Below are positions 23,694 to 36,888 of a stretch of 64,000 nt of DNA, in pieces (position 1 is the first letter of the stretch; each line of letters starts with the position of its first letter). The notes below the pieces were generated by a model. That model ran no database searches, was not told the DNA's origin, and saw only the letters and a list, made by a program, of their open reading frames with translations. This DNA is from Leucoraja ocellata. Taxonomy: Eukaryota. The DNA lies in NCBI GenBank assembly GCA_036785375.1, contig JAWMAR010000054.1:6696001-6760000 (forward strand), given 5' to 3'. The translations under genes and the position numbers were made by a program.

Positions 23694-25356
23694 CCACTGA
23701 ACACAGACGTGACATCCTCCTGAACCAACAATGCAACCCCCCTCCCCTCCTCTTTTTCCCTCATCCCTGTCTTTCCTGAAGCTCTTGTATTGAGCTGCCA
23801 GTCCTGCCCCTCACATAACCAGGTTTCAGTCATGGCTACAACATCCCAGTCGCTCATACCTACCCATGCCCTAAGCTCATCTAACTTACCCGTCAAGCCC
23901 CTTGCATTAAAATACGTGCAGATTAAACCAACCTTCCTTCCTTCCTCACTTTCTGCCTTTCACCTGCCTATTCTGTCCACTAACCTTTCCATACTACCAC
24001 CCTCCATACCAACTTCTAGCCTCTCACTTGTTTCTGAGCTGCACGAGATCCCACCCCACTGCCAATCTACTTCCTCTTATAAACGTCTTACAAATGGACT
24101 CAGCAAAAAGTCCCGTACAATGCAGAAGCAAGGCAGAGGGGAGTGGATAACTTTCCATGACAAGATTTGACAGAGAAGCTTTCTATTTCCAACCTACCAA
24201 TTGGGATTGTACTACCGAAGCCTGTGTATAGCAGTTGTATCCAATCACTGATTATTTGCCAAAGCCAATTTTGGAGAGCATATCCGTTATTTATGCATGT
24301 GATATTATGTCAAATGCCTTCTCCTTGTCCAAGCTGACCAGGCACCTGTCTACACCCATTGTCCTGCAGGTAGGTGAAAGCATGTTCGAGCAGCACAAGT
24401 CTGCCAGAGATTTTCCAGTTGGGTAAAGGTTTGATCTGGGTGAATAACCTGTCCCAGAACAATTGATGATGACCCTGGATAGGATCCTGTAAACCACATA
24501 CAACAGTGATTTAGGTTGTCAATTTCTGATGTCCTCCCTCTCCTCCTTTTGATTGTAGTTGAGGGTGATAATGCCCTCGTGGATCTTGACTGGTTAGACA
24601 CAGAATATTATATACCTGTATTTCCAGTGGGTCTGGGTCCATTCAGTCCCACAGAGTCAAGTGCAACTCCCTCAGTAAGCCATGAGAATTGCCTGCTTCC
24701 TGTGCTATTAACTATATGCACATCCTATTGAGGGTATGACATAAGAATTATTTAATTATAATACAATTACAAGGCTTTACCTTTCTGAATGTGCAGCTGG
24801 CCTGATATGCAGGATCCTAATCTATTCTGTGGGTGGCATACTTTGCATTTAGCCCGTGGTGTGATTCATCTTTGAGTCACTAGAATGGAACACAATTTGT
24901 TATCAGGAGAAGAAGAGCAAAAGATTCTGACTCTTTCGCACTCAATTTCACTCGGAAATCTATGAGAAAAGTAGAACATGCCTTCAGCAAAAGGCATGCT
25001 GCTGCCTGAAATGTAATCAGACAAAATATCAGTCTTCTCCAGGAATGCATTTTCACCTGTTGGTGTCTTGCAATACACCACAGAGGGTGGTTGCAGGCAA
25101 TGGAAACAGTGTTATTTCTGGTTAGCTTGAACTACTGCTAGACATTCATGAACTTGGGCTCTGTGGTTATGTGCTTGGCTTAGCAAAATAAATCATTGTA
25201 ATCATAACACAAAATGAAGTTCTGGCAGGCATCTGATTGAATTTGATTCACTTGGAATTTGCAATCCCCTCTCTCTCTATAAGGAATTAATTGACATCAG
25301 TTTGTGATCATGAGCCAGGCATGTGGGAAGCAGATCTAAAGGGAAAATCTGTTATT

Positions 25357-26312
25357 AGAGTCAGAGAGTCATAGAGACATATAACGTGGAAACAGGTTCT
25401 TTGGCCCAACTTGCATATCCCAGCTACGCTCGTCCCAGCTGCCTGCCTTTGACCCATATCCCTCCAAACCTGTTCTATTCATGAACCTGTCTAACTGTTT
25501 CTTAAATGTTGCGATAGTCCCTGCCTCAACTACCTCCTCTGGCAGCTTGTTCCATACACTCACCACACTTTGTGTGAAAAAGTTCTCACTCAGAATCCGA
25601 TTAAATCTTTTCCCCTTTACCTAAACCATTGTTCTCTGGTCCTCGATTCCCCTACTCTAGGCAAGAGACTCTGTGCATCTACCTGATCTATTTTCCTCAT
25701 GATTTTATACACCTCTATAAGATCACCCCTCATCCTCCTGCATTCTAAGGAATAGAGTACCAAGACAGCTCAACTTCTCCCTGTAGCTCAGACCCTCGAG
25801 TCCTGCCAATATCTTTGTAAATCTCTGTCTGCAATACCACCCATTTTTGTATCATCTGCAAACTTGCTAATCTTGTCATGCATATTCATATCCAAATCAT
25901 TGATATATATGACAAACAGTAATGGGCCCAGCACCAAATCCTGAGGCACACCACTAGCCACAGGCCTCCAGTTCGAGAAGAAACCTTCCACCATCACCCT
26001 CTGCTTTCTTCCATGAAGCCAATTTTCTATCCATTCACCCATCTCTCTTTGGATCCCATGCAATCTAACCTTCCAGAGCAGCTTACCATGTGGAACCTTG
26101 TCGAATGGTTTGCTGGTCCATATATACATCTACAGCTCTGCCCTCATCAACGTTTTATGATCACATCTTCAAAAAACTCAATCAGATTCGTAAGACATGA
26201 CCTCTCACTTACAAAACCATGCTGACTATCCCAAATCAGCATTTGTCCATCCAAATGTATGTATATTCTATCCCTCAGAATGCTCTCCAGTAACTACCCA
26301 AGTACAGATGTT
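25357..26312 (-). mobile_element. CR1 LINE 3' portion with internal deletion
   Basis: FDKVPHGKLL...[13 protein letters not shown]...KFADDTK, then WNKLPEEVVEAGT and 3' tail. Confidence 0.85.
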
Positions 26313-26536
26313 ATTGTCGATAAAAATGGGTGATCAATAAATTGGTTAGAAATAATATCAATTTCTAATGAATAGTAGTCAAAGCATCACTCAGTCAAAA
26401 TTCCACCTATTGAATGAATAAAGATCATTGTCAGTGGTTCAATTCAGCTATTTCTCAATTATGTCTCAATGTTTTACATTTTGAATCTAATACTGAAATA
26501 CTGTTTGTGAAAACACAATTTTAAAATTTTAATATA

Positions 26537-26816
26537 GGGCAGCACAATGGCACAGCAGTAGAGCTGCTGCCTCACATCACCAGAGACATGGGTTCGATCT
26601 TGATTATGGATGCTGTCTGTACATTCACCCTGTGCCAATTGTTTTTTTTCTAGGTGCTCCGGATTTCTCCCACATTCCAAAGACATGCAGGTTTGTGGGT
26701 TAATTGCCTTCTGTAAATTGTCCCTAGTGTGTAGGATAGAACTAGTGTATGGCTGATCACAGGTCGACGTGGACTCAGTGGGACGAAGGGCTTGTTTCCA
26801 CGCTGTATCTCTAAAC
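26537..26816 (+). mobile_element. HE1-like tRNA-derived SINE
   Basis: A-box TGGCACAGCAG, B-box GGTTCGATC, core GGTGCTCCGGATTTCTCCCACATTCCAAAGAC, CR1-derived tail; (CTAAA)n continues after 27280. Confidence 0.8.
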
Positions 26817-27279
26817 CAGTGGTTCCCAACGTGGGGCGTACGTGGGGCACAGGGGGGCAATTTGATTTTTAAGGGGGGCAATTGAGCGCGACTGAGGAGG
26901 TCTGGGTCCAAATTTTTGATTTTGATTTTTTTGGATTTTCCATCAGGTGTAGTTTATGTTTCAGATCTTTATATGTAGTTTATGTTTCAGATGTTATTTT
27001 GAGTAAATGATTTTTTTGGGGTAAAAAAGGTCTTTATTGTGTAGTTATTACATAATCACCGCGCCATCGCTCTTCATGCACGTCGCACGAAGCACGCGAG
27101 GTCATGGGAGAACCTTATTTATTGAATTGGATTTAGAAATGCGATTCAAAGAGCTTTAGCTAAGTTACCCTTATAATATCTATTTCCTCCGTTTTCTCTC
27201 AAGGGAAAGCAAGGGGGGGGCATCAGGATTTTAAAGGTGATTAGGTGGGGCATGGCCAAAAAAAGGTTGGGAACCACTG
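26817..27279. mobile_element. hAT (Charlie-like) MITE
   Basis: Perfect 14-bp TIR CAGTGGTTCCCAAC/GTTGGGAACCACTG; 8-bp TSD CTCTAAAC (26809-26816, 27280-27287). Confidence 0.92.
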
Positions 27280-28019
27280 CTCTAAACTAAACTAAATCTC
27301 ACAGTTCTGTAATGATATGCAGATTAACTTTAATACATTTATACACGAAGAAATACAAAATCATAAAGACTGAATTGAAATTATTTGTGTAGGTGAACCA
27401 AGCTGCTCAATCCAGCACTGCTTCATATTGCTGCTTTCAGCTGTTTTCATGCAAAGAAGCTTTTTGATGTAACTATGATTGGCAAATGCACTTCTGAGAT
27501 TAGTCAGGCTTTTCCTCCAAAATGAAATGAACAACCACCTCAAAAACAAATTGATTTACTGTTCTCCCCAAGTAATTAGTGCTCTATTCTTATAAGAATA
27601 TAAATGAGCTATTATTTTCTGATGTTGTCAAATCATCCATATCAAAACGATTCCATGAATAATAATGTGTATAAGCACAAAGCAGTAAAAGAAAATATTA
27701 GCTCATTAAACCTATCCAAAAGAGATTCCCGTTGCTTAAATCTCTTATTTTTTAATGTATTTATTGTACTTCTGCAACTATTTCTACTATTATAGCTTTT
27801 AATTTATATTAAAATATAAACAGAAAATGTAATAAGACTCAAAATCTATTCGCCAAATTAGCTTAAATGAGCTTTTGGCAATATTCTCTGCATGATATTT
27901 AGTTAAGTCTGCGTATTAGCCAAATGTGGCTGTAAATTGCTATACATGACAACAATACTGTTCCCAGAGATTAGGCTTAATTATGTAATTCCATGCCAAT
28001 CAAACTTCATGACCATATT

Positions 28020-28482
28020 GGCATTAAACAACAATCTTTCTCTCAATGTCAGCAAGATCGAGGAGCTAATTATTGACTTTTGAAGGGAAAAAAACAACAA
28101 CCTGTCTTAGTCAATGGGTTTTATAGCGGAGAGAGTCAATAACTTCAAGTACCTAGGTGTGCATATTTCTGGGCCTAGCACATTGATGCAATCATAAAGA
28201 AAGCCCCTCAATACCTTTACTTCCCTAGAAAATTGGAGAGATTTGATATGTCGACGAATACTCTCTTGAATTTCTACAGGTGTACACAAGACAGCATATT
28301 GACTGGTTGTATCTCAGCCTTGTTTGGCAACTCGAATGCCCAAGAGTGAAGGAGATTATTAAAAGTAGTGGTCACTGCCCGGTCCATCATGTGTACTGAC
28401 TTCTCCATCACCAAAGGGTTCAAAAGGAGGTGCTGTTTCAAAAATGCAGCCAGCATCATCAAAGACCCATACCACCCTGGCA
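28020..28482 (+). mobile_element. Degraded Rex1/Babar-like LINE fragment (tail resumes ~33834-33870)
   Basis: FKYLGVHIS and AASIIKDPYHPG motifs; tail remnant CATATGACAATTA...TCTTGAC after the Gypsy LTR. Confidence 0.65.
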
Positions 28483-29926
28483 TAACCCCAATGTCCTGCT
28501 ACGTAAATTCCACAAACTGTGCGACCTACCCTCTAACCGTATCTTGGAAAGAGCCAAGTTCTTCACGCGACAACTGCTTCCTGATGAACCTGTTGAACGA
28601 TTTATTTCTGATTTAAAATACATGGCTCAGCGATGTCGCTTCGGGGCAATGTCCAATGAGTTAATACGGGACAAACTTGTCAGTTGCATGTCTGACCAAA
28701 AGCTCAAGATGGAACCACTACGTAATGTTGATCTGACTCTTGAACAAGCAGTGCATGCCTGCCGCATGTCTGAAATTGTGGCCCCACTGAGCGACCAGTT
28801 TGACACTCAGAAAAAGAGTATAAACCTGACAGGCTTTATTAAACGAGCCACACCGACAGCCACCAGAAGATTTGTGAATGAACCGCCACGAAAGGCTAAT
28901 CGAGGATTTATGAATGAACTGCCGGAAAGGTGTCCAAACTGTAACTACTTCCACAACAAGGGACGGCTATTCTGTCCAGCGAACGGTAAGCCATGCAACT
29001 ATTGCAAGAAGATGAACCATTTCGCCGTTTGCTGCAGGTCCCGTGGGAGTAGCAATTCTAGCTCGGCTTCTAATCTGTACCTGTTGCAACAAGACCAAAC
29101 ATTTTCAGACTCTCAGGACCAGCCCGAATCTGCCCACGAGGATGATCCAATTAGCTCATATGAAGAGTCCACTGTTCATACCCTCCTCCACACAGCTGGT
29201 AAGCTCTTGGATCCCTCTGTGTCTATGCTAATTAATAACAAGCCTGTGCAGGCCCAATTGGATACCGGGGCGCGCGTGAATGTAATGTCCCTGAATGTTT
29301 CCAACAAGATAAGAAATAATGAGACCTTGATGAGAGGCGGCTCTGCCTTGCATGCCTATGGGGGGGAGGTTTTCATCCACTTGGAAAAACTAGCTTCAAA
29401 TGTGTATTGGAAAATACAGCTAAGAATCTGACTTTCTACGTCCTAAAATCAAACTCTGTGACTACTGGGCATCCATGCATGCCAGGACCTTGGGTTAGTC
29501 TCTTTCGACCGCTCCGTTCACAAGTTACTTACATCTGATGATGCAACTCGAAACTACCCTGATCTGTTCGATGACAAGCTGGGCAAGCTGCCTGTGACTT
29601 ATAAAATTGCTGTTGACCCCACTGTTGACCCAGTTGTCCATGCCCCCCACCGCGTGCCACATGCCATGCGTGACAGAATCCAGACTGAACTTAAAAACAC
29701 GGTGTCCATGGGTGTACTCGTGGAAATCAGTGACCCTACAGACCAGGTCTCCACCAAAGACAAAGACGAGCTCCAAGTGTGCATTAATCCAAGAGACTTA
29801 AACACTGCAATCAAGTGCCTACATTATCCGATGAGACCTGTTGAAGACGTCTTGGCCCAAATTGGTCGCGCAACAGTGTTCGCCGTACTAGATGCAAAAA
29901 GCTAGTTCTGGCAGATAACTCTAGAT

Positions 29927-30122
29927 CAGATCCCCAAAGGAGAAATGGCAAATTTCAGGGGGGCACAGAAAAAAATTGGGATTTAGGGGGCCACATGTTC
30001 AATGAAGGGGGCCACTTTTTTTCAGCTAATAATGTCAGGGAGGGCCACAGAAAAATTCTGTCCTGGGCCTAGCACATTGATGCCCAAGGAGGCCATGAGC
30101 TAAAAAAGGTTGGGAACCACTG
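29927..30122. mobile_element. hAT (Charlie-like) MITE inserted in the Gypsy RT
   Basis: Ends GGTTGGGAACCACTG; degenerate 8-bp TSD CTCTAGAT/CTCTGGTT; RT frame resumes afterwards. Confidence 0.75.
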
Positions 30123-32657
30123 CTCTGGTTGACGGGTCCTCGAACCTCACTACGTTTGCCACGCCATATAGCGGTTTCAAATTTCTCAGAATGCCATTTG
30201 GCATCAATTCGGCTAGCGAAGTCCTTCAGAGAACCATGGAACAGCTGTTGACTGGCTTCCCATGTGCCATCATTGTAGATGATATCCTGGTGTATGGTAA
30301 AGACATAGCGGAGCACAACCACAATCTCAAGTAGATTCTGGACAGGGTACGCGCGATTAACCTAAAGTTCAACCCCAAGAAATGCAAGTTCCGCGTTGCA
30401 GAGGTCACCTATGTCGGACACGTATTCACTCGCAATGGTTTGAAGCCAGACACGAAGAAAACTGCAGCCATCCACGAAATGCCTGCCCCTGTCGATGTGC
30501 TCAGCCTACAACGATTTCTGGGTATGGTGAACTATCTGGGAAAGTTCATACCCAATCTCAGTGAACTCAGTTCACCACTGAGACAGCTCACCCGCAAGGA
30601 CACTGAATGGACCAGGTACCAGCAACACCAACAGGTATTTGACTTTTTAAAACTACAGCTGGCCAGCGCTCCTACCTTGACATACTTCGACCTGAAGCGA
30701 CCTGTCAAAATAACCTGGGATGCCTCGCAATACGGATTGGGCACAGCCTGCCTTCAAACATCTGCCAACGGCACTGTACTACCTGTATCATATGCCTCTC
30801 GCACCATGACAGACACCAAACAGCGCTAGGCCCAAATCGAGAAGGAGCTGCTAGCTGAGGTCTTTGCTTGCTCCAAATTTAAAGATTTCATCTTTGGGAA
30901 CACTTTCACAGTTGAAACTGACCATCAACCACTTGTAACCATCCTGAACAAACCTATCCATGCAGCACCTGCACGTCTGCAGCGCATGATGATGCAGCTC
31001 CAGCGATTCGACTTCAGAATTGTTTACAAATAAGGGAAGGATATGTTCGTTGCTGACACTCTCTCTCGTGTGCCATGTGCTTCCAGTGAACGACATCCCT
31101 TATGAATGTGATGAGCTTACTGTTCTAAATGTCCACTTTGTTCCCACGGAACGCCTGCGTCACCTGGCTGAACACACAGCCGCTGACGGGACTCTACAGC
31201 TGCTCTGGTCTATTATCAAAAGAGGCTGGCCAGAAAACAGTCCAGCACACGCTTGGAGGCACAGCCGTTCTTCCTAGTCCGTGATGAGTTGGTAATACAA
31301 GACAGTGTCATTGTTAAGGGTCACAAAATCGTGATCCCATCATCCTTACAAGACGAATACTATAAAAAGTTACACAACGGCCACCCAGGCACCGAGGCCA
31401 CGCTGGCTCATGCACAGAGCATGTTCTACTGACCTGGGATGTCCAAGTACATACGGGACAGAACAGCATCCTGCCCCATCTGCAACAGTTTGCCACCACC
31501 AACAGAAACAGCCTCTGCTACAACAACCCCCACCAGCACTGCCTTGGACATCTCTGGCAGCGGACATTTTCGAATGGCACGGTAAACACTACCTAGTCCT
31601 AGTCGACTCCTACTCCAACTGGTTCGAACTCGACTGACTGCCCACCATCACATCCAACATGCTTATACAAAAACTTCAAAGACACTTTTCTGTATTTGGC
31701 GCACCAGTTCGGCTGCAAACTGACAACGGAAGACAATTCACCAGCCAAGCATTCAAACACTTTGCCAGACGATGGAACTTTCACCATGTTACAAGCAGCC
31801 CTGAATACCCCCAATCCAACGGGCTCGCTGAACAAGCCGTCAGGAACACAGAACAACTGATGGAACGCTCCCACATTGCCAAGTCTGATGTCTACCTCGA
31901 CCTTTTGAATCTCAGAAACATCTCCAGGGACGGGGTCCTGGGTTCACCTGCTCAACGCCGGATGTCTCTGACAACACGACCTCCAATACCAGTTGCCCAG
32001 CGAAAGCTGAAGCCACAGGTAATTAATCCAGCTGCGGCCCAGAAGCGCATTCAGGAGAAACACAACATCTAGAAGGGCTCCTATGACAAGTCCAGCAAAC
32101 CACTGAAGCCGCTATTGCAGGGTCAAGTGGTCCATATGCAGACTAATGTGGGACATACCCGACTGGGTTTCGTTATCGGCCCGTCTAAGGAACCCCGATC
32201 CTACCTTATCAACGCCGATAGTGTTTTGTACAGACATAGGCGTCAGCATCTGCTGCTTGTGAACGAATCCATATGCTCCACCTCTACCTTTTAAGCCCCC
32301 TGCTGCTCCTGTTCCCATTCCCAGAGTGCACTCTCCACCTCGGTTGGCTACCCCCTCTAACCACGTTAACATTCCCACATGCTCACCCCGCCAGTCACCT
32401 CAACTGTCGCCAACGGCATCGTCCTTCTCTGTCCTCCTCCCCCACTAACATTGCTCGTGCGGAGGGAGAGGGGTTCGTCCGTACGTGTTCGGGTCGAATT
32501 AGTCGACCTCCTGATAGATACGGTGAATAAGTTTAATTACGTGTGTTTAACATTCACCGTTTAAATTTACCTAACAACCTTTTCTTTTTACGGGGAAGGA
32601 TGTAGATTGGTTATTGCGTGTGAACCAAGGTGTAGCATCACTAACTCCACCTTACTG

Positions 32658-33698
32658 TAGGTATGTTGCAAAGCCTACCTGAAGTGTCGCTGAAAATCTG
32701 TCCCAGCCCGTGTGCGCGATTTTGGCGCCGTTTAGAGGGGGGCGGGTTTAAAACACAATTTTTCACTAGGCTGTTCAAATTGAGGATGTTCAGCCTAGTT
32801 AATTATTAACGGAAAATCGCTGGAAGATTCTGTCGCATTAGCTATTTTTAGTTTTAAAGGCTTTATATAATTGTTATAGTAGGTTAAAAATTAACCTCTA
32901 AACCCCCGACCACCGGCAACCGGCAGGGTCTCATACAGCAGACAACAGAAGGTAGGCTGTTTATTTTTACATTAAAAAGGGCTTCTTAAGATCCCTTTAT
33001 ACAAAGTTTAATGTTGCGAGTAGCTCATTTTGGGCCCATTATATCCCGCAGTATTTTTCTGGGCAGTTGAGGGTACAAATCTAGTGCAATGTGAATGTTC
33101 TAAACCAGTGCGTTCACAGGAACCCACTAGAAAGCTGATTTAAATTGACTTTAATTTACAGCAATTGAACACTAAATTCCTTCCATTTGGCCTATAAATT
33201 AATGTAAATGAGATTTAAAAATCATGTTTTATTGTGAATTATTTGTGAATATTATTTAGACACTTAGGCTATTTAAAAATGTTAATCATTTATTAAGAAA
33301 TAGATAGATGTTTAGATCTCGTAATTGAAGTTTGAAATTAACTCCAATTGGGTAACTAACTAATTATATGCTTTAATTTCAGGTCATCCAAGTAAGATTG
33401 ATTTATATTTGTTTCAGAATGCTTCAATCTATGACAACTGAAAATTTCATTCAGTTCTCTTAATTTTTAAGAAAGTTATGGGCTTTTGACTGTCCACGAT
33501 CACAGCTTTTTTTTTTGTCCATAGAAAATCAATAGGGAACAAGGTGCTAATTTCCGAGTATGAAAATGGCCATAACTTTTTAAATACTTGAGATATGAAA
33601 GTAAATTAGGTGTCAAATTAAACTTATTTTTATGCTTTATCTGATGGGATAAATTGCAGACTTGATTTTGAAAATCTCAAAATTTTGTAACATTGCTA
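32658..33698. mobile_element. ~1-kb non-autonomous TIR element inserted in the Gypsy LTR
   Basis: Imperfect TIR TAGGTATGTTGCAAA vs reverse complement TAGCAATGTTACAAA; flanking direct repeat CTTACTG (32651-32657, 33699-33705). Confidence 0.75.
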
Positions 33699-35184
33699 CT
33701 TACTGTACGCTTTATATTAACACCCATTTCCTACATTAAGTAGTCATGTTAACGGTAGTGATAAACTCACAACCTACTGTACTATATATTATGATTAAAG
33801 GAGATTAAACTTTAAACTGCTAAGTCATTTACAGCACATATGACAATTAGATGCACTTGTCTTGACTAATGATTGAGATTGAATTGAAGTACATCATTTA
33901 TATAGAATATCTTTCACTTCATTTTCTGGCAAAAACACAGTAGTTGTAGTTTATTTCATGTTCACCCTCTTGGTGTCTTTAAATAGACAGTCTTTCAGCA
34001 AATTAACTGTTTGCCATGCATTTGTCTATTTGCTAATGGTTTAGCTGCCCTGCCTCAAGGTCATTTGCTGACAGTTTTGCCAATAGAGAACAAAATAACC
34101 CCAAAAAATCAGGCGGCAATTGTGGAGAGAGAAATATAATGAATACTTCAAATCAGTGACTCTTCATAAGAAATAGAAAAGTTAACTTCTGAAATTGAGC
34201 TTCAGCCTCTTATTAGGAGCGTGGAACGTTTATGGCAGCAAAAAAAGATGGAAGAACAACTAAAGGAAGAATGCAAGAACGTTACTACGGCTAGGGGAAA
34301 ATGGCAGCAACATGGCCAAAAACTACGAAGAGAAATAAAACTCAGTGGCAAATTAATTAAAAATTATCTATTTTTTATTCCATAATCTTTTTAATCTTGT
34401 CCTCAACTCCACTTATCCCATGACAGCTGTGAAGGACAATTGGCTTTTTCATGAGATGCATATGAATGCTGTAGTGCAAACTATTACATTCTCTATGCCT
34501 GAGTATCTTCAAAGCCAACTGGGGGAAATTCAGTCTAATTAGGGTTGGACTCATAGAGCCCCCAAAATTGATAAATTGCCAACCAAAAATAAACAAGCTG
34601 ATTTATGAGTTAATGGTAATTTAGAGTTCTCTACTTGTGTTCCACTTGCAGATTTTTGAAAATTGACATTGTAATAATTTAGTGATGATAATAATATTAT
34701 TTGTGATCATTTTTTGTGCTTCTTTTGCAAAATGTGGGTGTCATTGACAATGTAGGCGTTCAATAGCTCTCTGTGGTTTGACTCTAAATTACCTAAGCCA
34801 CTCTAGAGCCCTGCTGAGAGTTGTCTGCATTTGTGTGGATTGGAATATTACATAGCGTACATATGTTAAGACATCCTTCCATAAAATATGATGTTGAAAA
34901 GATTTGATTTTAAATGTGTGTTATAGGCACTCTATCCAATGGCAGCTTTTTTTAAATTTTCTTGTCTGACTTTGAATATTCAATGGTTAATTCTTCATTC
35001 ATTCAATTCAATTCAATTGTAATTGTCATTGTCAGTGTACAGTACAGAGACAACGAAATGCATTCTTAAAATCATGCGACATAGAAGGCTCAATTTGCTA
35101 CATTATATCATGTTTTGAAAAATGCTCTCAAGTTGTTGTCATTTTGACAATTAACTCCACTAAATTACATATTTAGTTCAGGGA

Positions 35185-35520
35185 GAGATTAGAGATACAG
35201 CATGGAAACAGGCCCTTCAGATAGTCCATGCCAACATTCACACTAATTCTACATTATCCCACTTTCCCATCTGCTGTCTACATGCTTGGGGCAATTTACA
35301 GAGGACAATTAACATACAAACCCGTACATATCTTTGGGATGTGGTAGGAAAACCAGAGCACCCAGAGGAAACCCATGCAGTTATTAAGAGAAAGTGCAAA
35401 CTCCACACAGACAGCACCTGAGGTCAGCATCGAATGTGGGTCTCTACTCCTGTGAGGTGGGTGACTCTATCCATCAGCTGTGGAACTGTGTCACCCAGCT
35501 AAGTCACTGTGCCACCCTAA
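35185..35520 (-). mobile_element. HE1-like SINE, diverged
   Basis: Reverse-orientation homolog of 26537-26816 (GAGATACAGCATGGAAACAGGCCCTTC...CTCCACACAGACAGCAC). Confidence 0.7.
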
Positions 35521-36746
35521 TAGGCTTTCATTGCCTTTTGAATTTTCTTTTGGAATCAGATTCCAGGCCACTGAAAAAATGTGCTTGAGAGCATAACTTC
35601 TCTAATGTCCATATCCTTCCTGATGGATTCAACAATTGGCTAGATACTCCACAAAGGTAGTCGAGAGGAAAGAGGGCAGCAGTGCCTGCCTGTTGATTTG
35701 GTCAGGAAACATTCCCTTTCTCATCTATTCATTTGGACTGACTGCTTATATCCATGCCAATTATTGATTTGATCCTCAAAACTTTATTTTTCATTTTATA
35801 CATGTGTGGTAATCTGTCAATGCCTTATCCTGGTCTATGCTGATTAAGCTAATGCCCATAACCCTTGCAATGCAAGTAGGCAATCATAGACCAATGCGTC
35901 AGAGATTTTCGTACTGGGGACAGTGCAAGCCTAAAGTGGGTGAATCAACCTCAGAATGGATTTGTCTTCATTGGCGATGCCCCTGAACAGAATGCATGGG
36001 AAGGAACTGCAGTTGCTGGTTTGAACCCAGGAAGGGTCTGAGGAAGGGCATCGGTCTGAAACATCACCTATTCCTTTTTTCCAGAGATGCTGTCTGACCA
36101 GCTGAGTTACTCCAGTTTTTTGTATCTATCTTTGCCCTGAACAGAATCTTGTATAGTGAGATGGGATGCATATTTGTTATCTGTACCATGTCCTCCCTCT
36201 GCACTACTTGTAGATGAGATTAATAATAGCCTTATGCATGGATTCCATCCTGCTACTAGTGATGTACATTTCCAACATGACTGGTCCAGTCAATCAGAAC
36301 CAATGAAAGCACATTCTGCAAGCCATCAATTCTAGGAGTTTTATTCATCTCAAAGGAATGGATAGACCTAGTCAACTCATCTAGACTAAATGAGTGGTCT
36401 AGAATCTCCCTCTTGTTCTCATCTAAACCCTTTGATAACCTCTCATCTAAACGTTGATATGGTGCTGGCCTTCATATCAGAGAAGCTGACAGAGGGATTT
36501 GCAGATTCTTCATATATCTGGCTGCAGGGAAGTTATTGGGCCATCTACTTTGCTAAATCTGTTGCTACAAAGCACATGCAATGAATCTTTTAGAAGAAGG
36601 AGCTTGAGCATGTCTCATCTGGTGCCCAGGGGAAAAATATGGATCAGAACAAGATCTTGCAATCTCAGAATCTCTTGGTTGCCCCCCCCCCCCCACCCCT
36701 GCAGCACTTAGCTCTATCTAACTTTATCCTGCTGTTCCTCAGTGCC

Positions 36747-36888
36747 TTCTTCTTCTTCTTGCTTATGGCGTGCACAACCTAAAGTTGTAGGACAACTTGT
36801 TCTACTTGATCTTACTTGACTGTGCACGCCGGGTTGGTTGCATTCCTCGAAACAGAGAGGACCACGTGAAGGTTGCAATCTTCCATCC
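36747..36888 (-). mobile_element. Short non-autonomous retroelement with 5' HDV-like ribozyme fold (copy 2)
   Basis: TSD GTTCCTCAGTGCC/GTTCTTCAGTGCC (12/13); (GAA)n tail; homologous to 5420-5552. Confidence 0.8.

Larger units (their letters stand above)
20281..24065 (-). mobile_element. CR1 LINE with most of ORF2 (APE endonuclease + RT), disrupted and carrying nested insertions
   Basis: GKLDELRAW...[60 protein letters not shown] across several frames. Confidence 0.9.
28483..33833 (+). mobile_element. Degraded Mag-like Gypsy provirus lacking its 5' LTR
   Basis: Gag-pol fragments homologous to the 11.6-kb ORF (CNYCKKMNHFAVCC, LDTGA, IIVDDILV, QTDNG) with stops and frameshifts; PPT GGGGAAGGA, then LTR TGTAGAT (32601) to AGTCATTTACA (33833). 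Confidence 0.9.

Noticed and set aside
23063-23896. 277-aa ORF suggesting a novel fusion protein
   Set aside because: Chance read-through from a frameshifted CR1 endonuclease start into a GC-rich inserted element.
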